A stretch of DNA of 49,067 bases from positions 1 to 49,067 of the IMG/VR virus record IMGVR_UViG_3300044825_000433; one strand, 5' to 3'. This DNA is from a virus (lineage: Duplodnaviria > Caudoviricetes). The notes under the pieces were generated by a model. It searched no databases, was not told where the DNA came from, and saw nothing but the letters and a program-made list of their open reading frames with translations. Within the stretch, counting starts at the first letter, position 1. The number at the start of each line of letters is the position of its first letter. Below, piece after piece: positions 1 to 10,464 of this stretch. Position numbers and translations under genes: made by a program.

Positions 1-1
1 C

Positions 2-553
2 TCTGTACAAGTTGATGACATTGTCATTCCAATAGGTGTTGAAGGCACCGGCGCGATAGGCAACGTCAGCATCCTTACGGGCGTAGTTGTAAATGTTTCT
101 GGTGTATCTGGAACAGGTTCATCGGGGACGGTAGTACCCAAAGTTTTGCCCAATGCAGTAGGCGTTAGCGGAACGGGTGCTATTGGTTCGGTTTCATTTG
201 CAATAAGTTCAACCATTGTTGTTACAGGGGTTGAAGGAACCGGAGATGTAGGACAGGTAGATACGTTCTTTGGTGTAGCAGTTGAAGTCACTGGAGTTAG
301 TGGCACAGGTTCTGCGGGAACAGCAACCCCAACTCCAAAGAAGATTCCTACAGGAGTTTTTGGAACCGGCGCAATAGGCACGGTTTCAATTAGGACAGAT
401 GATGTATTAGTGTTAACTGGCGTATCTGGTACGGGCCAGATTGGAACAGTAACAATAGGTGGATGGACAATAGTTGACGATTATCAGAATCCCAATTGGT
501 CTGCGGTCGGAAACTACCAAGATCCTAATTGGGTCGAAGTTCAAGTGGCATAA
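2..553 (+). CDS. Virion structural/tail protein, 5'-truncated, with repeated GVxGTGxIG beta-strand motif
   Basis: Frame is open from base 2 (SVQVDDIVIPIGVEGTGAIG...) to TAA 553, so the track's TTG start at 146 is internal. Contains many GV(S/E)GTG repeats and is followed by tail genes. Confidence 0.7.
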   Translation, partial: SVQVDDIVIPIGVEGTGAIGNVSILTGVVVNVSGVSGTGSSGTVVPKVLPNAVGVSGTGAIGSVSFAISSTIVVTGVEGTGDVGQVDTFFGVAVEVTGVSGTGSAGTATPTPKKIPTGVFGTGAIGTVSIRTDDVLVLTGVSGTGQIGTVTIGGWTIVDDYQNPNWSAVGNYQDPNWVEVQVA

Positions 554-562
554 GGAAATAAC

Positions 563-1501
563 ATGGCTAGTACATACAGCAATCTCAAAATTGAACTGAT
601 TGCCACTGGTGAGCAGTCAGGTACGTGGGGTAGTACAACCAACACGAACTTGGGAACTGCGCTTGAGGAGGCGGTTGTCGGTTCTGCTGACGTTACCTTT
701 GCCAGCGCTGACGTTACCCTAACCCTTACAGATACGAACGCTTCCCAGATAGCTCGTAACTTTCGTTTAAACCTAACTGGGACTTCTGGCGGCGCAAGAA
801 ATTTGATTGTCCCGGCAATTGAGAAGTCCTATGTTGTTTACAACGGTGTAGCCGACACGGTCACGGTCAAGAATTCGACGGGTACAGGTATCGCAGTCCC
901 GTCTGGTAAGACCATGATGGTCTACAACGATGGCACGAACGTCGTTGATGTCACAACCTATGCATCCTCCATGACACTAGGTTCTGCCCTGCCGGTAGCT
1001 TCCGGTGGTACTGGAATTTCTTCTGGTACGTCCGGCGGGGTTCTTTATTACTCAGCAACTGGAACGCTGGCAAGTTCAGGTGCTCTGGCGGCAAGTGCGC
1101 TGGTTGTAGGTGGTGGCGCGGGTTCAGCCCCATCAACCATCACAACTGGAACGGGAGTCACGACCGCGCTAGGTGTAAACGTAGGGACGGCAGGAGCCTT
1201 TGTAGTTAATGGAGGAGCACTAGGCACTCCAAGCTCAGGCACTCTGACCAATGCAATGGGGCTTCCTCTTTCTACAGGTGTCACAGGAACTCTACCGGAA
1301 ACGAATGGCGGTACAGCACAAAGCACCTACACCACGGGTGACATTCTGTATGCATCAGCATCTAACACCCTAAGCAAGCTTCCAATTGGTAGTAATGGGC
1401 AGGTTCTTACCATTTCGTCTGGTATCCCTGCGTGGGGCGCATCAAGTGGTGGTATTTCAACAGGTAAAAGTATCGCTATGGCGATGATTTTTGGCTTCTG
1501 A
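563..1501 (+). CDS. Tail fibre-like structural protein
   Basis: AAGGA RBS. N-terminus MASTYSNLKIELIATGEQSGTWG and a Gly/Thr/Ser-rich body with LPxxxGGT and GDILYASA fibre-type repeats. Confidence 0.7.
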   Translation: MASTYSNLKIELIATGEQSGTWGSTTNTNLGTALEEAVVGSADVTFASADVTLTLTDTNASQIARNFRLNLTGTSGGARNLIVPAIEKSYVVYNGVADTVTVKNSTGTGIAVPSGKTMMVYNDGTNVVDVTTYASSMTLGSALPVASGGTGISSGTSGGVLYYSATGTLASSGALAASALVVGGGAGSAPSTITTGTGVTTALGVNVGTAGAFVVNGGALGTPSSGTLTNAMGLPLSTGVTGTLPETNGGTAQSTYTTGDILYASASNTLSKLPIGSNGQVLTISSGIPAWGASSGGISTGKSIAMAMIFGF

Positions 1502-1512
1502 GGAGTTATTAA

Positions 1513-1920
1513 ATGGCTAACCCAAACATTGTCAACGTAACGAGTATTTACGGAAATACTGCCTACGTTATCCCTTCATCTGCGGCTACTCCCACGACTT
1601 CGTGGACGTACAACGGCACTACTTCTTTGACAGGTTTGACCCCAGCGGCAAATACGGTCAACCGTGTGACTTCAATTACCGCATCGAATACAACGGCAAG
1701 TGCTGCCACTGCGACTATTGCGGTTGGTAATAATCCAACTTTTGCTTCTTCTACGGTGACTACCTACCCGGCATACCAAATCTCTGTGCCGCCAAATGCA
1801 ACGCTAGTGATTGTGGACAAGACCAATTCTTTGTATATCACCGAGAACCAGTCAGTCGCAGCATTTTCCGGCACGGCATCTGCCTTGACCTTCACCGCGA
1901 CGTTTGAAGCTATTACCTAA
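1513..1920 (+). CDS. Small virion structural protein
   Basis: GAGGAG RBS. MANPNIVNVTSIYG start; beta-rich and Thr/Ala-rich; lies among tail genes. Confidence 0.6.
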   Translation: MANPNIVNVTSIYGNTAYVIPSSAATPTTSWTYNGTTSLTGLTPAANTVNRVTSITASNTTASAATATIAVGNNPTFASSTVTTYPAYQISVPPNATLVIVDKTNSLYITENQSVAAFSGTASALTFTATFEAIT

Positions 1921-1930
1921 TAGGTGAAGT

Positions 1931-2794
1931 ATGCCCCTGCGCTCCATCCCCGGTAACTTCGTATCTGCTTCATACAACCCAAACTTTACCCCGCCTCCTA
2001 CTGGGGCTACGCCTTCTGTAGAGTACTTGGTCATAGCTGGTGGAGGTGCAGGGGGCTATTCAACTCCCGGCGGTGGCGGTGCTGGAGGGTATAGGTCTTC
2101 TGTTTTTGGGGAGTCTTCTGGCGGTGGGGCGGCGGCAGAAACTCCACTAGCTGTGACTGCGGGAACCGCGTATACCATAACTGTGGGTTCGGGAGCAGCA
2201 GGACGAAGCACTGCGGGTCAGGGTGCAAATGGAACCAATTCTGTGTTTGGCTCAATCACTTCTACTGGTGGCGGGGGTGGTGGCGGTGGAAGCACTTCTG
2301 CGGTGGGTAGTTCAGGTGGGTCTTCTGGTGGTTCAGCGGAAAGTAGCGCAACTACAACTGCTGGAACTGCAAACCAAGGTTATGCTGGGGGTGCATATAA
2401 CGGTGGAGGCGGCGGCGCGGGGCAGGCAGGAGCAACAGGTTACGGCGCTGGCGGTACTCAATCTGGTATTGGTGGAAATGGTGTTTCATCTTCAATCACT
2501 GGAACCGCTATAACTATGGCGGGGGGTGGCGCAGGATACGGTAGGTTAAGTGGAGGCAGCCCACTTCTTGTAAGCGGAGGCGTTGGTGGTGGAGGAAGCA
2601 CTAATGTAAGTGGTCTTGCTAATACGGGGGGTGGCGGCGGCGCTGACGGAGGAGGTGGTGGTTCTGGCGTTGTCATTCTCCGTTGGTCAAAGAACTTTAG
2701 AGACTGCGCATCAACGACAGGTTCTCCACAGATAATTGCCAGCAATGACTATTACATCTATCGTTTTACTGGTAACGGATCAATAACATTCTGA
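1931..2794 (+). CDS. Glycine-rich domain tail-associated protein
   Basis: VEYLVIAGGGAGG...YTITVG...GGSGVVILRW pattern of phage glycine-rich domains. Confidence 0.7.
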   Translation: MPLRSIPGNFVSASYNPNFTPPPTGATPSVEYLVIAGGGAGGYSTPGGGGAGGYRSSVFGESSGGGAAAETPLAVTAGTAYTITVGSGAAGRSTAGQGANGTNSVFGSITSTGGGGGGGGSTSAVGSSGGSSGGSAESSATTTAGTANQGYAGGAYNGGGGGAGQAGATGYGAGGTQSGIGGNGVSSSITGTAITMAGGGAGYGRLSGGSPLLVSGGVGGGGSTNVSGLANTGGGGGADGGGGGSGVVILRWSKNFRDCASTTGSPQIIASNDYYIYRFTGNGSITF

Positions 2795-2802
2795 GGCAGA
2801 AT

Positions 2803-3225
2803 ATGGCGCATTTTGCAAAACTTGATGACAACAATGTAGTTATTGAAGTCAATGCTGTTAACAATGCCGAGCTTATTGTTAAAAAGACTACAGTCACAGA
2901 TGACGGCTTTATTAATGTTTCCACTATTGAATCCGAAGAAAAAGGTATTGCTTTTTTGATCGAATGGTCTGGCGGTTATACAAACTGGAAACAAACCAGC
3001 TACAACGGAAATTTCCGTGGGAAGTACGCAGCTATTGGAGACATATATGACGCAGAAGCTGGTGAATTTCGCTCTCCTGTCGTGGCTCCTAGCGCTGATG
3101 TTCCTGTCGTCGCCCCTGCTATGGAAACTCAGCAAGAGGTGGTTTTGGAGACACAAGCGCCGGTAGTATTAGAGTCAACAGACATACCTGCCATGACCAG
3201 CGAACAGATTTCCGGATTGGAGTAA
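2803..3225 (+). CDS. Conserved phage protein accompanying glycine-rich fibre genes (possible fibre chaperone)
   Basis: MAHFAKLDDNNVV...WKQTSYNGNFRGKYA motif; GAGG RBS. Confidence 0.6.
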   Translation: MAHFAKLDDNNVVIEVNAVNNAELIVKKTTVTDDGFINVSTIESEEKGIAFLIEWSGGYTNWKQTSYNGNFRGKYAAIGDIYDAEAGEFRSPVVAPSADVPVVAPAMETQQEVVLETQAPVVLESTDIPAMTSEQISGLE

Positions 3226-3228
3226 ACC

Positions 3229-5322
3229 ATGCCGCAGTACCAAGGTGTATGGAACCTAGCTCAACAAGCGCAGGCACAAGTTAATCAGCAGTGGGTGACT
3301 GATCCTCTGTTTGACTACACTGCTCTTCTCCTGCAAGCGGATGGAGCAGCGAATGGCGCTCAGAACAATCTTTTTCTGGATGCCAGTTCTAATCAATTTG
3401 CTATTACCCGCAACGGCAATACGACCCAAGGCAGTTTCTCGCCATTCAGCTTACAGCCGGGAGCTTGGAGCGCTTATTTTGATGGCAACGGTGACTACAT
3501 TACAGCGCCCAACAGCAGCAATTATTCTTTTTCTACAAACTTTACTGTTGAGTGTTTTGCCTATCCAACAGCATTTTCTAACACTCCAGTTCTGTTTGAT
3601 ACACGTACCGCTGCCGGTAATACGGCAGCTATGTATCTTTACATAAATACAAGTGGTTACCTAGTGTTTATTGCTGGCGGGACTACAATAACCACAACCA
3701 CAACTGTTGCGCTTAATACATGGCAACATTTCGCTGTCGTCAGAAGTAGCAATACAGTAACTGTTTACATAAACGGTATAAGCTGTGGCAGCGCAACGAT
3801 AAGTACGAATTTGGCAGACACCGGGCTGACTATAGGCGCTCCTATAGACCAAAGAGGCGCTACTACAACCAATAAATATGCTGGGTACATGTCAAATCTG
3901 CGGTTCAACAATACAACCGCGATATACACAAGCAACTTTACCTCCAGCGCTTTACCATTTTCTCCTGCTTCTGGTGTTACGTTGCTTACCCTACAGAGCA
4001 ATCGCTTTGTAGACAATAGCACCGCCGCTGCAACATTGACTCCTAATGGCACCACTTCTGTTCAAGCTTTTTCCCCGTTCGCCCCGCAGTATCAATATAC
4101 GCCAACAGTAACCGGCGGGTCTGGGTACTTTGATGGAACAACGGATTATTTAAGCATTGCAAGGAACTCTGTATTTTTCCCGGCAGCTAATACTGACTTT
4201 ACTTTTGAAGCATGGATTTATCCAACAGCAACGCCCGGAGCGCAGGGTGCAATTATTGTTGGAGCGGGTGAATATGGCTTGGATTCTGACTGGGACTTGG
4301 ATATAAATTCCAGCCTACAGCTTGCCATGTATATGAACTCAAGCCCTGCTACTTCATATAGGAATACAACAACCACCGTAAGATTAAACGCATGGAACCA
4401 TGTTGCTGCGTCAAGATCAGGAACAGGATCAAACAATCTTAAAGTGTTTGTTAATGGTGTTGGGCAGAGTTTTACAACAAATCAAACTACTGTTGGAACT
4501 GGTAATCGCGCACTTACGATTGGTGGAGACCAGAATGGTGATGAGGCAAACTACACTGGATACATTTCTGGCTTGCGCTTAATTAACGGTCAGGGTATCT
4601 ATACGGCTGACTTTACCCCGCCTACGGCTCCTCCAACGACGACATCCGGGAGTGTTACAGCATCTAATACTGTGCTTCTCATCAACTTCACCAACGCCGG
4701 TATCCTCGACGGCACGATGAAAAACGACTTGGAGACAGTCGGCAACGCGCAGGTCAGTAGCAGTGTCGTGAAGTATGGCAGTGGGAGTATGTCTTTTGAC
4801 GGCACGGGAGATTATCTACAGATCCAGCCTAACCCTGCAATAGCTAATAACTTCGTATTTGGCACAGGGGACTTCACTATAGAAGCATGGGTATACCCAA
4901 ACTCCCTGTCAGCAGCACAGGATATATGCACATATCGCAAGGACTCTCCTGCGGCAAACTCTGATATAGGGTTTGATATATATGTGGGGGCTAGCAATGC
5001 CTCCAATGAAGCAGCTATATATAACAGCACCACCAAGTACGCGGTTACAGGGTGGTCCTTGGTTGCAGGGCAATGGCAGCACATCGCTTTTGTCAGAAGC
5101 AATGGATACCTGTTATTTTTTGTCAACGGCTTACAAATAGGGTCGCCTGTAGCGGCAAACGTGTCAGTGAACAATGCTTCTACGTGGTACATGATTGTTG
5201 GAACGTACACAGCAGCGTCCAGAAACTTTAACGGCTACATCGACGACCTACGCATTACCAAAGGCATTGCCCGTTACACAAGAAATTTCACACCTCCGCA
5301 AGTCGCACTACCGAGGCAATAA
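3229..5322 (+). CDS. Tail/receptor-binding protein with three LamG (concanavalin A-like) domains
   Basis: Three repeats of the type YFDGxGDY...FTxExWxYP...W(Q/N)H(F/V/I)AxxR...YIxxLR. Confidence 0.85.
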   Translation: MPQYQGVWNLAQQAQAQVNQQWVTDPLFDYTALLLQADGAANGAQNNLFLDASSNQFAITRNGNTTQGSFSPFSLQPGAWSAYFDGNGDYITAPNSSNYSFSTNFTVECFAYPTAFSNTPVLFDTRTAAGNTAAMYLYINTSGYLVFIAGGTTITTTTTVALNTWQHFAVVRSSNTVTVYINGISCGSATISTNLADTGLTIGAPIDQRGATTTNKYAGYMSNLRFNNTTAIYTSNFTSSALPFSPASGVTLLTLQSNRFVDNSTAAATLTPNGTTSVQAFSPFAPQYQYTPTVTGGSGYFDGTTDYLSIARNSVFFPAANTDFTFEAWIYPTATPGAQGAIIVGAGEYGLDSDWDLDINSSLQLAMYMNSSPATSYRNTTTTVRLNAWNHVAASRSGTGSNNLKVFVNGVGQSFTTNQTTVGTGNRALTIGGDQNGDEANYTGYISGLRLINGQGIYTADFTPPTAPPTTTSGSVTASNTVLLINFTNAGILDGTMKNDLETVGNAQVSSSVVKYGSGSMSFDGTGDYLQIQPNPAIANNFVFGTGDFTIEAWVYPNSLSAAQDICTYRKDSPAANSDIGFDIYVGASNASNEAAIYNSTTKYAVTGWSLVAGQWQHIAFVRSNGYLLFFVNGLQIGSPVAANVSVNNASTWYMIVGTYTAASRNFNGYIDDLRITKGIARYTRNFTPPQVALPRQ

Positions 5323-5325
5323 GAC

Positions 5326-8300
5326 ATGAGCAAATATCCCGGAAACATCATCACCACCGGCGCGGATGCTGGGTACTCTGTTTTCTTTGACGGGACGGGG
5401 GATTATTTAAGTATTGCGGATAATGCCGCATTTCAATTTGCCGGTGATTTTACGATTGAGTTTTGGATTTACGCCAACAATTTGTCTGCTACTCAGCGCG
5501 TGTTGGTCAAAGGCAATTCTGCTGCCTCTGATTACAGCATAGACTTAAACACCGCAGGAACTTTTTCGTTTAATAACAATACGGTTATTAATACGTCTAC
5601 CGCGTCGATAAGAGCTAACACATGGAACCATGTAGCAGTTACTCGCAGCGGGTTATCCACAAACAACTGCACGTGGTGGATTAACGGCGTTGCGTCTAAC
5701 ACTTTTACTACTGCGCAAAACTACAACAATACCAGCGCGCTTTGGTTTGGACAAAACCAATCAACCGGCTTAAATTTAAACGGCTATCTGTCAAACATAC
5801 GCATTGTAAAAGGAACCGCTCTCTACACCGCTGCATTCACCCCTCCGACTCAGCTATTCAGAGTTACCAACACTAGCTTGCTGACCTGCAACTCTCCAGC
5901 AATTGTTGACCAGAGCACCAACGCATTTGCTATTACCGCCAACGGCAACGCAGCAGTCAGCACGTTCACACCATTCACTGGCTACCAAACTTACAACCCA
6001 GCCCTTGGCGCTGCGACTCCGGGAATTTGGACAGTATCTGACGCACAGCAGGCGGCACAGACTCGCCTGTGGAATATGTACGATCCGTACTTCACTAGTA
6101 CGTCGTCAAAGATTTCTGGCAATCCGGGCACGAACGTGCCAACGTGGATTACAGATGCAAGCTCCAACAACTTCACCGTAACTTCGGTGGCTGATGCAAG
6201 AGCGGCAAGGTTGTCTCCTTTCTCAGTAACTACATATCCTTACTCTGGTTCTGGGTACTTTGACGGGACGGGGGATTATTTAACTCTTGGTGGGCAGAGT
6301 GCTTTTGCGTTTGGCACAGGGGACTTCACTATAGAAGGTTGGTTTTATGTTACTACCACGGCTGCGGCACAAATACTGATTGATTTTCGCCCTGCTAGTA
6401 CAGACGGTTTGTACCCGATGATTTTTGTCGCGTCTGGAGGAGGGTCAATTCGGTATAACGTAAGTAACGCAGATCAAATTACAGGCACAACAACAATTTC
6501 AACGAATACGTGGTATCACGTAGCGGTGGTGAGAATCAGCGGGTCTACCAAAATGTATGTTAATGGAACGCAGGTTGGTTCTACATACACAGATTCAAAT
6601 AATTATTTGGTAGGTGCTTCTCGGCCCGTTATTGGCGCTGGAGCTTCCACTATTGGAGCAACACCGCTGACTGGTTACATGTCTAATGTGCGCTTAGTTA
6701 AAGGCGTTGGTGTTTACACAGGCGCATTTACTACACCCACTGCGCCGCTTACCTCAACCCAATCCGCAGGGACAAACATTGCCGCTATTACGGGAACCAG
6801 CACATCCCTGTTAACCCTGCAAAACTGGCAGTCATCGAACAACAGTGCGTTCCTTGATTCGTCTACCAACAACTTTTTGGTATCTAGGACAGATAACCCG
6901 ACTCAGGGGTCGTTTAACCCGTTCAGTCCAGCCATCTATAGCGGGTATTTTGTAAACAGCACAACCAACTTTGTAACCAACAGCGCAACCAACCTATGTG
7001 TTATCGGCACCAATCAGTTTTGCTATGAAGCATGGGTATATCCAACTGCGTATCCAGCAGGCGGGGGCACCATTTTTGCCAACTTTAATACCTCAACTGG
7101 CGCAAATGGAGTAAATTTTTGGGTGAGCAGTACCGGGGTGCCGGGAGCTGGGGAAAACTCCGGGGTAACACTGGTCACCGGAGGGTCAGCGCCACTAAAT
7201 ACTTGGACGCATATTGCGGTTGTGCGCACCACTACCGCAATCAATCTGTATGTCAACGGTATTCTGGTAAACACCAATACCAATTCTACCTATGTGACAA
7301 AGAACTACACCAGCGGGAAGGTGTTTATTGGTGGCATATACCCAGTTGATACGCTGCAAAACGGGTACTCGTTTACCGGATATATCAACAATCTGCGTGT
7401 GACTATTGGTGAGCCTGTATACACATCAAACTTTACCCCAAGCAGATTTCCGCTCCCAGCGTTGTCTAACACCAAGTTGCTGTCTTGCCAAAACGGGGTA
7501 TTCAGGGACAACAGCTCTCAAAACATAGCCCTGTATTCTGGAGGCGGCGTTGCCACTATCCCATTCTCCCCCATATATGCAAATACTGCATATGATTCAT
7601 TAGTGTATGGAGGCAGTGCATATTTTGATGGAGGGGCAACAGACCGATTAACTTTCCCTGCCAACTCCGCTTTTGCGTTGGGCACTGGTGCATGGACTAT
7701 GGAGGCTTGGGTATACCCAATAACACTAGGGACATCCAACAGGGGGATCATGGGGGTCAGTGGAAGCGGGGGAAACACTGATATTTCTATATACGCATCT
7801 AATTTGAGTGGCGTAGTTTTGTCCACCACTAGTGCGCAGATATTTAACACCGCCAATTCTAGTCTGTATTTTTTACGAACAAATATATGGACTCATATAG
7901 CCGTTACTCGTAATGCAAGCAACACCGTCACTCTTTGGATTAACGGATATCAAATAACCACCGCAACAATGACGCAAGACACCACGTCAAACGTCGGATA
8001 CGTTGGCGGTGGCAATTGGGATGGCTACATAGCGAGCGCAAGGTTTGTTAAAGGGTTGCAGGTATATACAGGGACTTTTGTGCCCCCTGCATTGCCACTG
8101 GAAGCGACCCAATCCTCTGGCACAAACATCGCCGCCATTACTACTCAAACTTCAGGGCTATTAAAGTTTGCCAACGCGGGTATTGTAGATGCGACGACTT
8201 ACAACAATTGGGTTACCGTGGCAGATGCGAGAATTAACACTGCGGCAAGTAAGTTTGGTGGCAGCGCTATGTATTTCGATGGGACAGGAGATTATATATT

Positions 8301-8781
8301 CCCGTCTACTAGTAACTTGGGGGCTTTCGGAACGGGGGACTTCACCATTGAGTTCTGGATTAACTTCAATACTGTCTCTGCAAACCAAGTAATTATGGAT
8401 TTTAGATCCGCGACGTCTACGGTAGCCCCTGCTATTTCCCTGACGAGCGCAGGAGTTATTTATTACTACACTGGAGGCGCGTCTCCCGGCACCCGAATAA
8501 CAGGGTCCACGCTAGTGGTGAACACTTGGTATCACATAGCGGTTTGCAGGGCGAGCGCTGTCACTAGACTTTTTGTAAATGGAACACAGGTTGGCTCTAA
8601 CTACGCCGATACAAACAACTATGTCGGCGTTCTTGGTCGCCCGTGGATAGGTGGTCTTGCTGATGGCACGACTCCTGCACAGTGGGTAAATGCTTATGTA
8701 CAAGATGTACGCATAACCAAAGGTTTTGCAAGATACCCAAGCAACTTTACTGCACCAACTTCATTATTGCAGAATCAGTAA
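5326..8781 (+). CDS. Tail/receptor-binding protein with about five LamG domains
   Basis: Repeated FDGTGDY/GDFTIE/WxHxAVxR/GYxSNxR units; paralogous to the upstream gene. Confidence 0.85.
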   Translation: MSKYPGNIITTGADAGYSVFFDGTGDYLSIADNAAFQFAGDFTIEFWIYANNLSATQRVLVKGNSAASDYSIDLNTAGTFSFNNNTVINTSTASIRANTWNHVAVTRSGLSTNNCTWWINGVASNTFTTAQNYNNTSALWFGQNQSTGLNLNGYLSNIRIVKGTALYTAAFTPPTQLFRVTNTSLLTCNSPAIVDQSTNAFAITANGNAAVSTFTPFTGYQTYNPALGAATPGIWTVSDAQQAAQTRLWNMYDPYFTSTSSKISGNPGTNVPTWITDASSNNFTVTSVADARAARLSPFSVTTYPYSGSGYFDGTGDYLTLGGQSAFAFGTGDFTIEGWFYVTTTAAAQILIDFRPASTDGLYPMIFVASGGGSIRYNVSNADQITGTTTISTNTWYHVAVVRISGSTKMYVNGTQVGSTYTDSNNYLVGASRPVIGAGASTIGATPLTGYMSNVRLVKGVGVYTGAFTTPTAPLTSTQSAGTNIAAITGTSTSLLTLQNWQSSNNSAFLDSSTNNFLVSRTDNPTQGSFNPFSPAIYSGYFVNSTTNFVTNSATNLCVIGTNQFCYEAWVYPTAYPAGGGTIFANFNTSTGANGVNFWVSSTGVPGAGENSGVTLVTGGSAPLNTWTHIAVVRTTTAINLYVNGILVNTNTNSTYVTKNYTSGKVFIGGIYPVDTLQNGYSFTGYINNLRVTIGEPVYTSNFTPSRFPLPALSNTKLLSCQNGVFRDNSSQNIALYSGGGVATIPFSPIYANTAYDSLVYGGSAYFDGGATDRLTFPANSAFALGTGAWTMEAWVYPITLGTSNRGIMGVSGSGGNTDISIYASNLSGVVLSTTSAQIFNTANSSLYFLRTNIWTHIAVTRNASNTVTLWINGYQITTATMTQDTTSNVGYVGGGNWDGYIASARFVKGLQVYTGTFVPPALPLEATQSSGTNIAAITTQTSGLLKFANAGIVDATTYNNWVTVADARINTAASKFGGSAMYFDGTGDYIFPSTSNLGAFGTGDFTIEFWINFNTVSANQVIMDFRSATSTVAPAISLTSAGVIYYYTGGASPGTRITGSTLVVNTWYHIAVCRASAVTRLFVNGTQVGSNYADTNNYVGVLGRPWIGGLADGTTPAQWVNAYVQDVRITKGFARYPSNFTAPTSLLQNQ

Positions 8782-8782
8782 T

Positions 8783-9487
8783 GTGGACCCAATCACTATT
8801 GCGGCAGCGTTTAAAGCAGCCACGACGGCGATAGAACTGGCAAAGAAAGGCATAGCGTTTTACAAAGAAGTTAAGAGTACAGCGGGGGAAGTCGGAGGGG
8901 TTTTAAAAGACTTAAAGGAGCAGTATCACAAGATAGTCAGCCCCTCCCCAGAACAGACCCGGCAGTACAACGAGGAAGTCAAGAGAGTACAAGAAGTATC
9001 AAAGGCGCATCCACATGATGCCCTGACAAGTATCTGGGACCATCTTGGGACCTTTATTGATGAGTATGACCGTTTGGCGAAGGCTTTTATAGAAGAGGAG
9101 GCAAACGCCAAGAAGCTGTACAAGGGGGATGAGTCCTTAGCCCGCAGGGCATTGAGAAGAATACAAATAAGGACTCAGTTGGATGCCATGCTGGCAGAGG
9201 TACGCGAAATGATGGTGTACCAAACGCCGCCGGAATTGGGAGATGTGTGGACGCGCTTTGAAAAGATGTGGCAGCAGATAGTTCAAGAACAGAACGAAGC
9301 TTTAGCCGAGGAAATGCGCAAAACACAGATCACATTATGGCGACGCAGAAGGGCGGTAAACCAACTAAAGGCACTGGCAATATGGATTGGAGCAGTCCTG
9401 TTCGTAACGGCGTGGATGTGGGGCGTAATGGGTCTGATAAGAACGAGTCAGACGTACCGTGGGTTATCGTCATATGTCTTGCCATAA
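8783..9487 (+). CDS. Coiled-coil protein with C-terminal transmembrane helix
   Basis: GTG at 8783, just after the previous stop, gives MDPITIAAAFKAA. Hydrophobic LAIWIGAVLFVTAWMWGVMGLI near the C-terminus. Precedes the lysis genes. Confidence 0.65.
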   Translation: MDPITIAAAFKAATTAIELAKKGIAFYKEVKSTAGEVGGVLKDLKEQYHKIVSPSPEQTRQYNEEVKRVQEVSKAHPHDALTSIWDHLGTFIDEYDRLAKAFIEEEANAKKLYKGDESLARRALRRIQIRTQLDAMLAEVREMMVYQTPPELGDVWTRFEKMWQQIVQEQNEALAEEMRKTQITLWRRRRAVNQLKALAIWIGAVLFVTAWMWGVMGLIRTSQTYRGLSSYVLP

Positions 9488-9621
9488 TGGCTCTGACTTT
9501 CGTAATTGCAATTCCTCTTCTAGGCATGGCATACCTTGATATGCATAATGCAACAGTTATAGCTGTGGAGGAGATAAAGAAAATGCGCGATTTAAGAGCT
9601 AAGATTTTGATGGGGGAATGA
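9337..9621 (+). CDS. Single-TM membrane protein (holin/antiholin candidate)
   Basis: TM segment VPWVIVICLAIMALTFVIAIPLLGM. ATGA overlap with the endolysin start. The start codon is uncertain (9268, 9337 or later). Confidence 0.5.
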   Translation: MATQKGGKPTKGTGNMDWSSPVRNGVDVGRNGSDKNESDVPWVIVICLAIMALTFVIAIPLLGMAYLDMHNATVIAVEEIKKMRDLRAKILMGE

Positions 9622-10259
9622 TGCTTACCTTGAGGCAGTTTAAAGAGTTTGCCCCGCATACAAAGTATCCAGAGCAATGGCACGATGCTTTGTTCGGTCT
9701 ACAGAAGGAGTTAAACGGCAAGACCCTTCTGGATGAGTACGACATCAACACGCCCGTCCGGGTTGCTGCCTTCCTAGCCCAGTGCCACCATGAGTCAGGT
9801 GGCTTTGTCTATCTGTCTGAGAATTTAAACTACAAGGCAGCAGGTCTTTTAAAGACATTCCCTAAGTACTTCCCAGACATGGAGACTGCCAAGAGGTACG
9901 AAAAGAATCCCAGAGCCATCGCCAATAGGGTCTATGCCAACCGCATGGGGAACCGGGATGAAGCATCGGGAGATGGCTGGCTACACGCCGGACGGGGGAT
10001 TATCCAGCTTACCGGGGCTGAGAATTATAGAAACTTCGCCATGAGCCTTGAGATCACGGTTCAGGAAGCCTCTGAATATATGCAGACCTTCGAGGGTGCA
10101 GCCCAGAGTGCATGTTGGTTCTGGGAGACTAATGGTTTAAACAGATTTGCCGACTCAGGTGACTTTGTAACCTTGAGCAAGAGGATCAATGGTGGGACAA
10201 AGGGTATGGACGACAGGGAGCTACAACATGCGCGTATTCGCCGTATTCTTGGTATTTAG
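9618..10259 (+). CDS. Endolysin, glycoside hydrolase family 19
   Basis: GH19 motifs AAFLAQCHHESG, ENLNY, GRGIIQLTGxENY, SACWFW and KRINGG. Confidence 0.9.
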   Translation: MMLTLRQFKEFAPHTKYPEQWHDALFGLQKELNGKTLLDEYDINTPVRVAAFLAQCHHESGGFVYLSENLNYKAAGLLKTFPKYFPDMETAKRYEKNPRAIANRVYANRMGNRDEASGDGWLHAGRGIIQLTGAENYRNFAMSLEITVQEASEYMQTFEGAAQSACWFWETNGLNRFADSGDFVTLSKRINGGTKGMDDRELQHARIRRILGI

Positions 10260-10464
10260 CCTGTTCGGGTGTGGGGAGCATTTCCGATACCCCTGTCAGG
10301 ACCCTGAGAACTGGGAAAAGAAAGAATGTAAACGCCCCTTCTGTTCAGCCACAGGAACTTGCCCAGATCAACTGACCAAGCCAGAGGACATGAAAGATGA
10401 ACCCATTAAAGCTGATAAGCCAGTTCCTTGCGCTGACGCAGGAACAGCACGATGCAGTAATTAA
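10228..10464 (+). CDS. Cys-rich lipoprotein in the lysis cassette
   Basis: AGGGAG RBS before ATG 10228. Signal MRVFAVFLVFSLFG-C (lipobox), then YPCQDPENW...C...C...GTC. Confidence 0.65.
   Translation: MRVFAVFLVFSLFGCGEHFRYPCQDPENWEKKECKRPFCSATGTCPDQLTKPEDMKDEPIKADKPVPCADAGTARCSN

Noticed and set aside
3229-8781. Diversity-generating retroelement acting on the fibre genes
   Set aside because: No reverse transcriptase in the window, and the repeats are short junction identities rather than a TR/VR pair differing at adenines.
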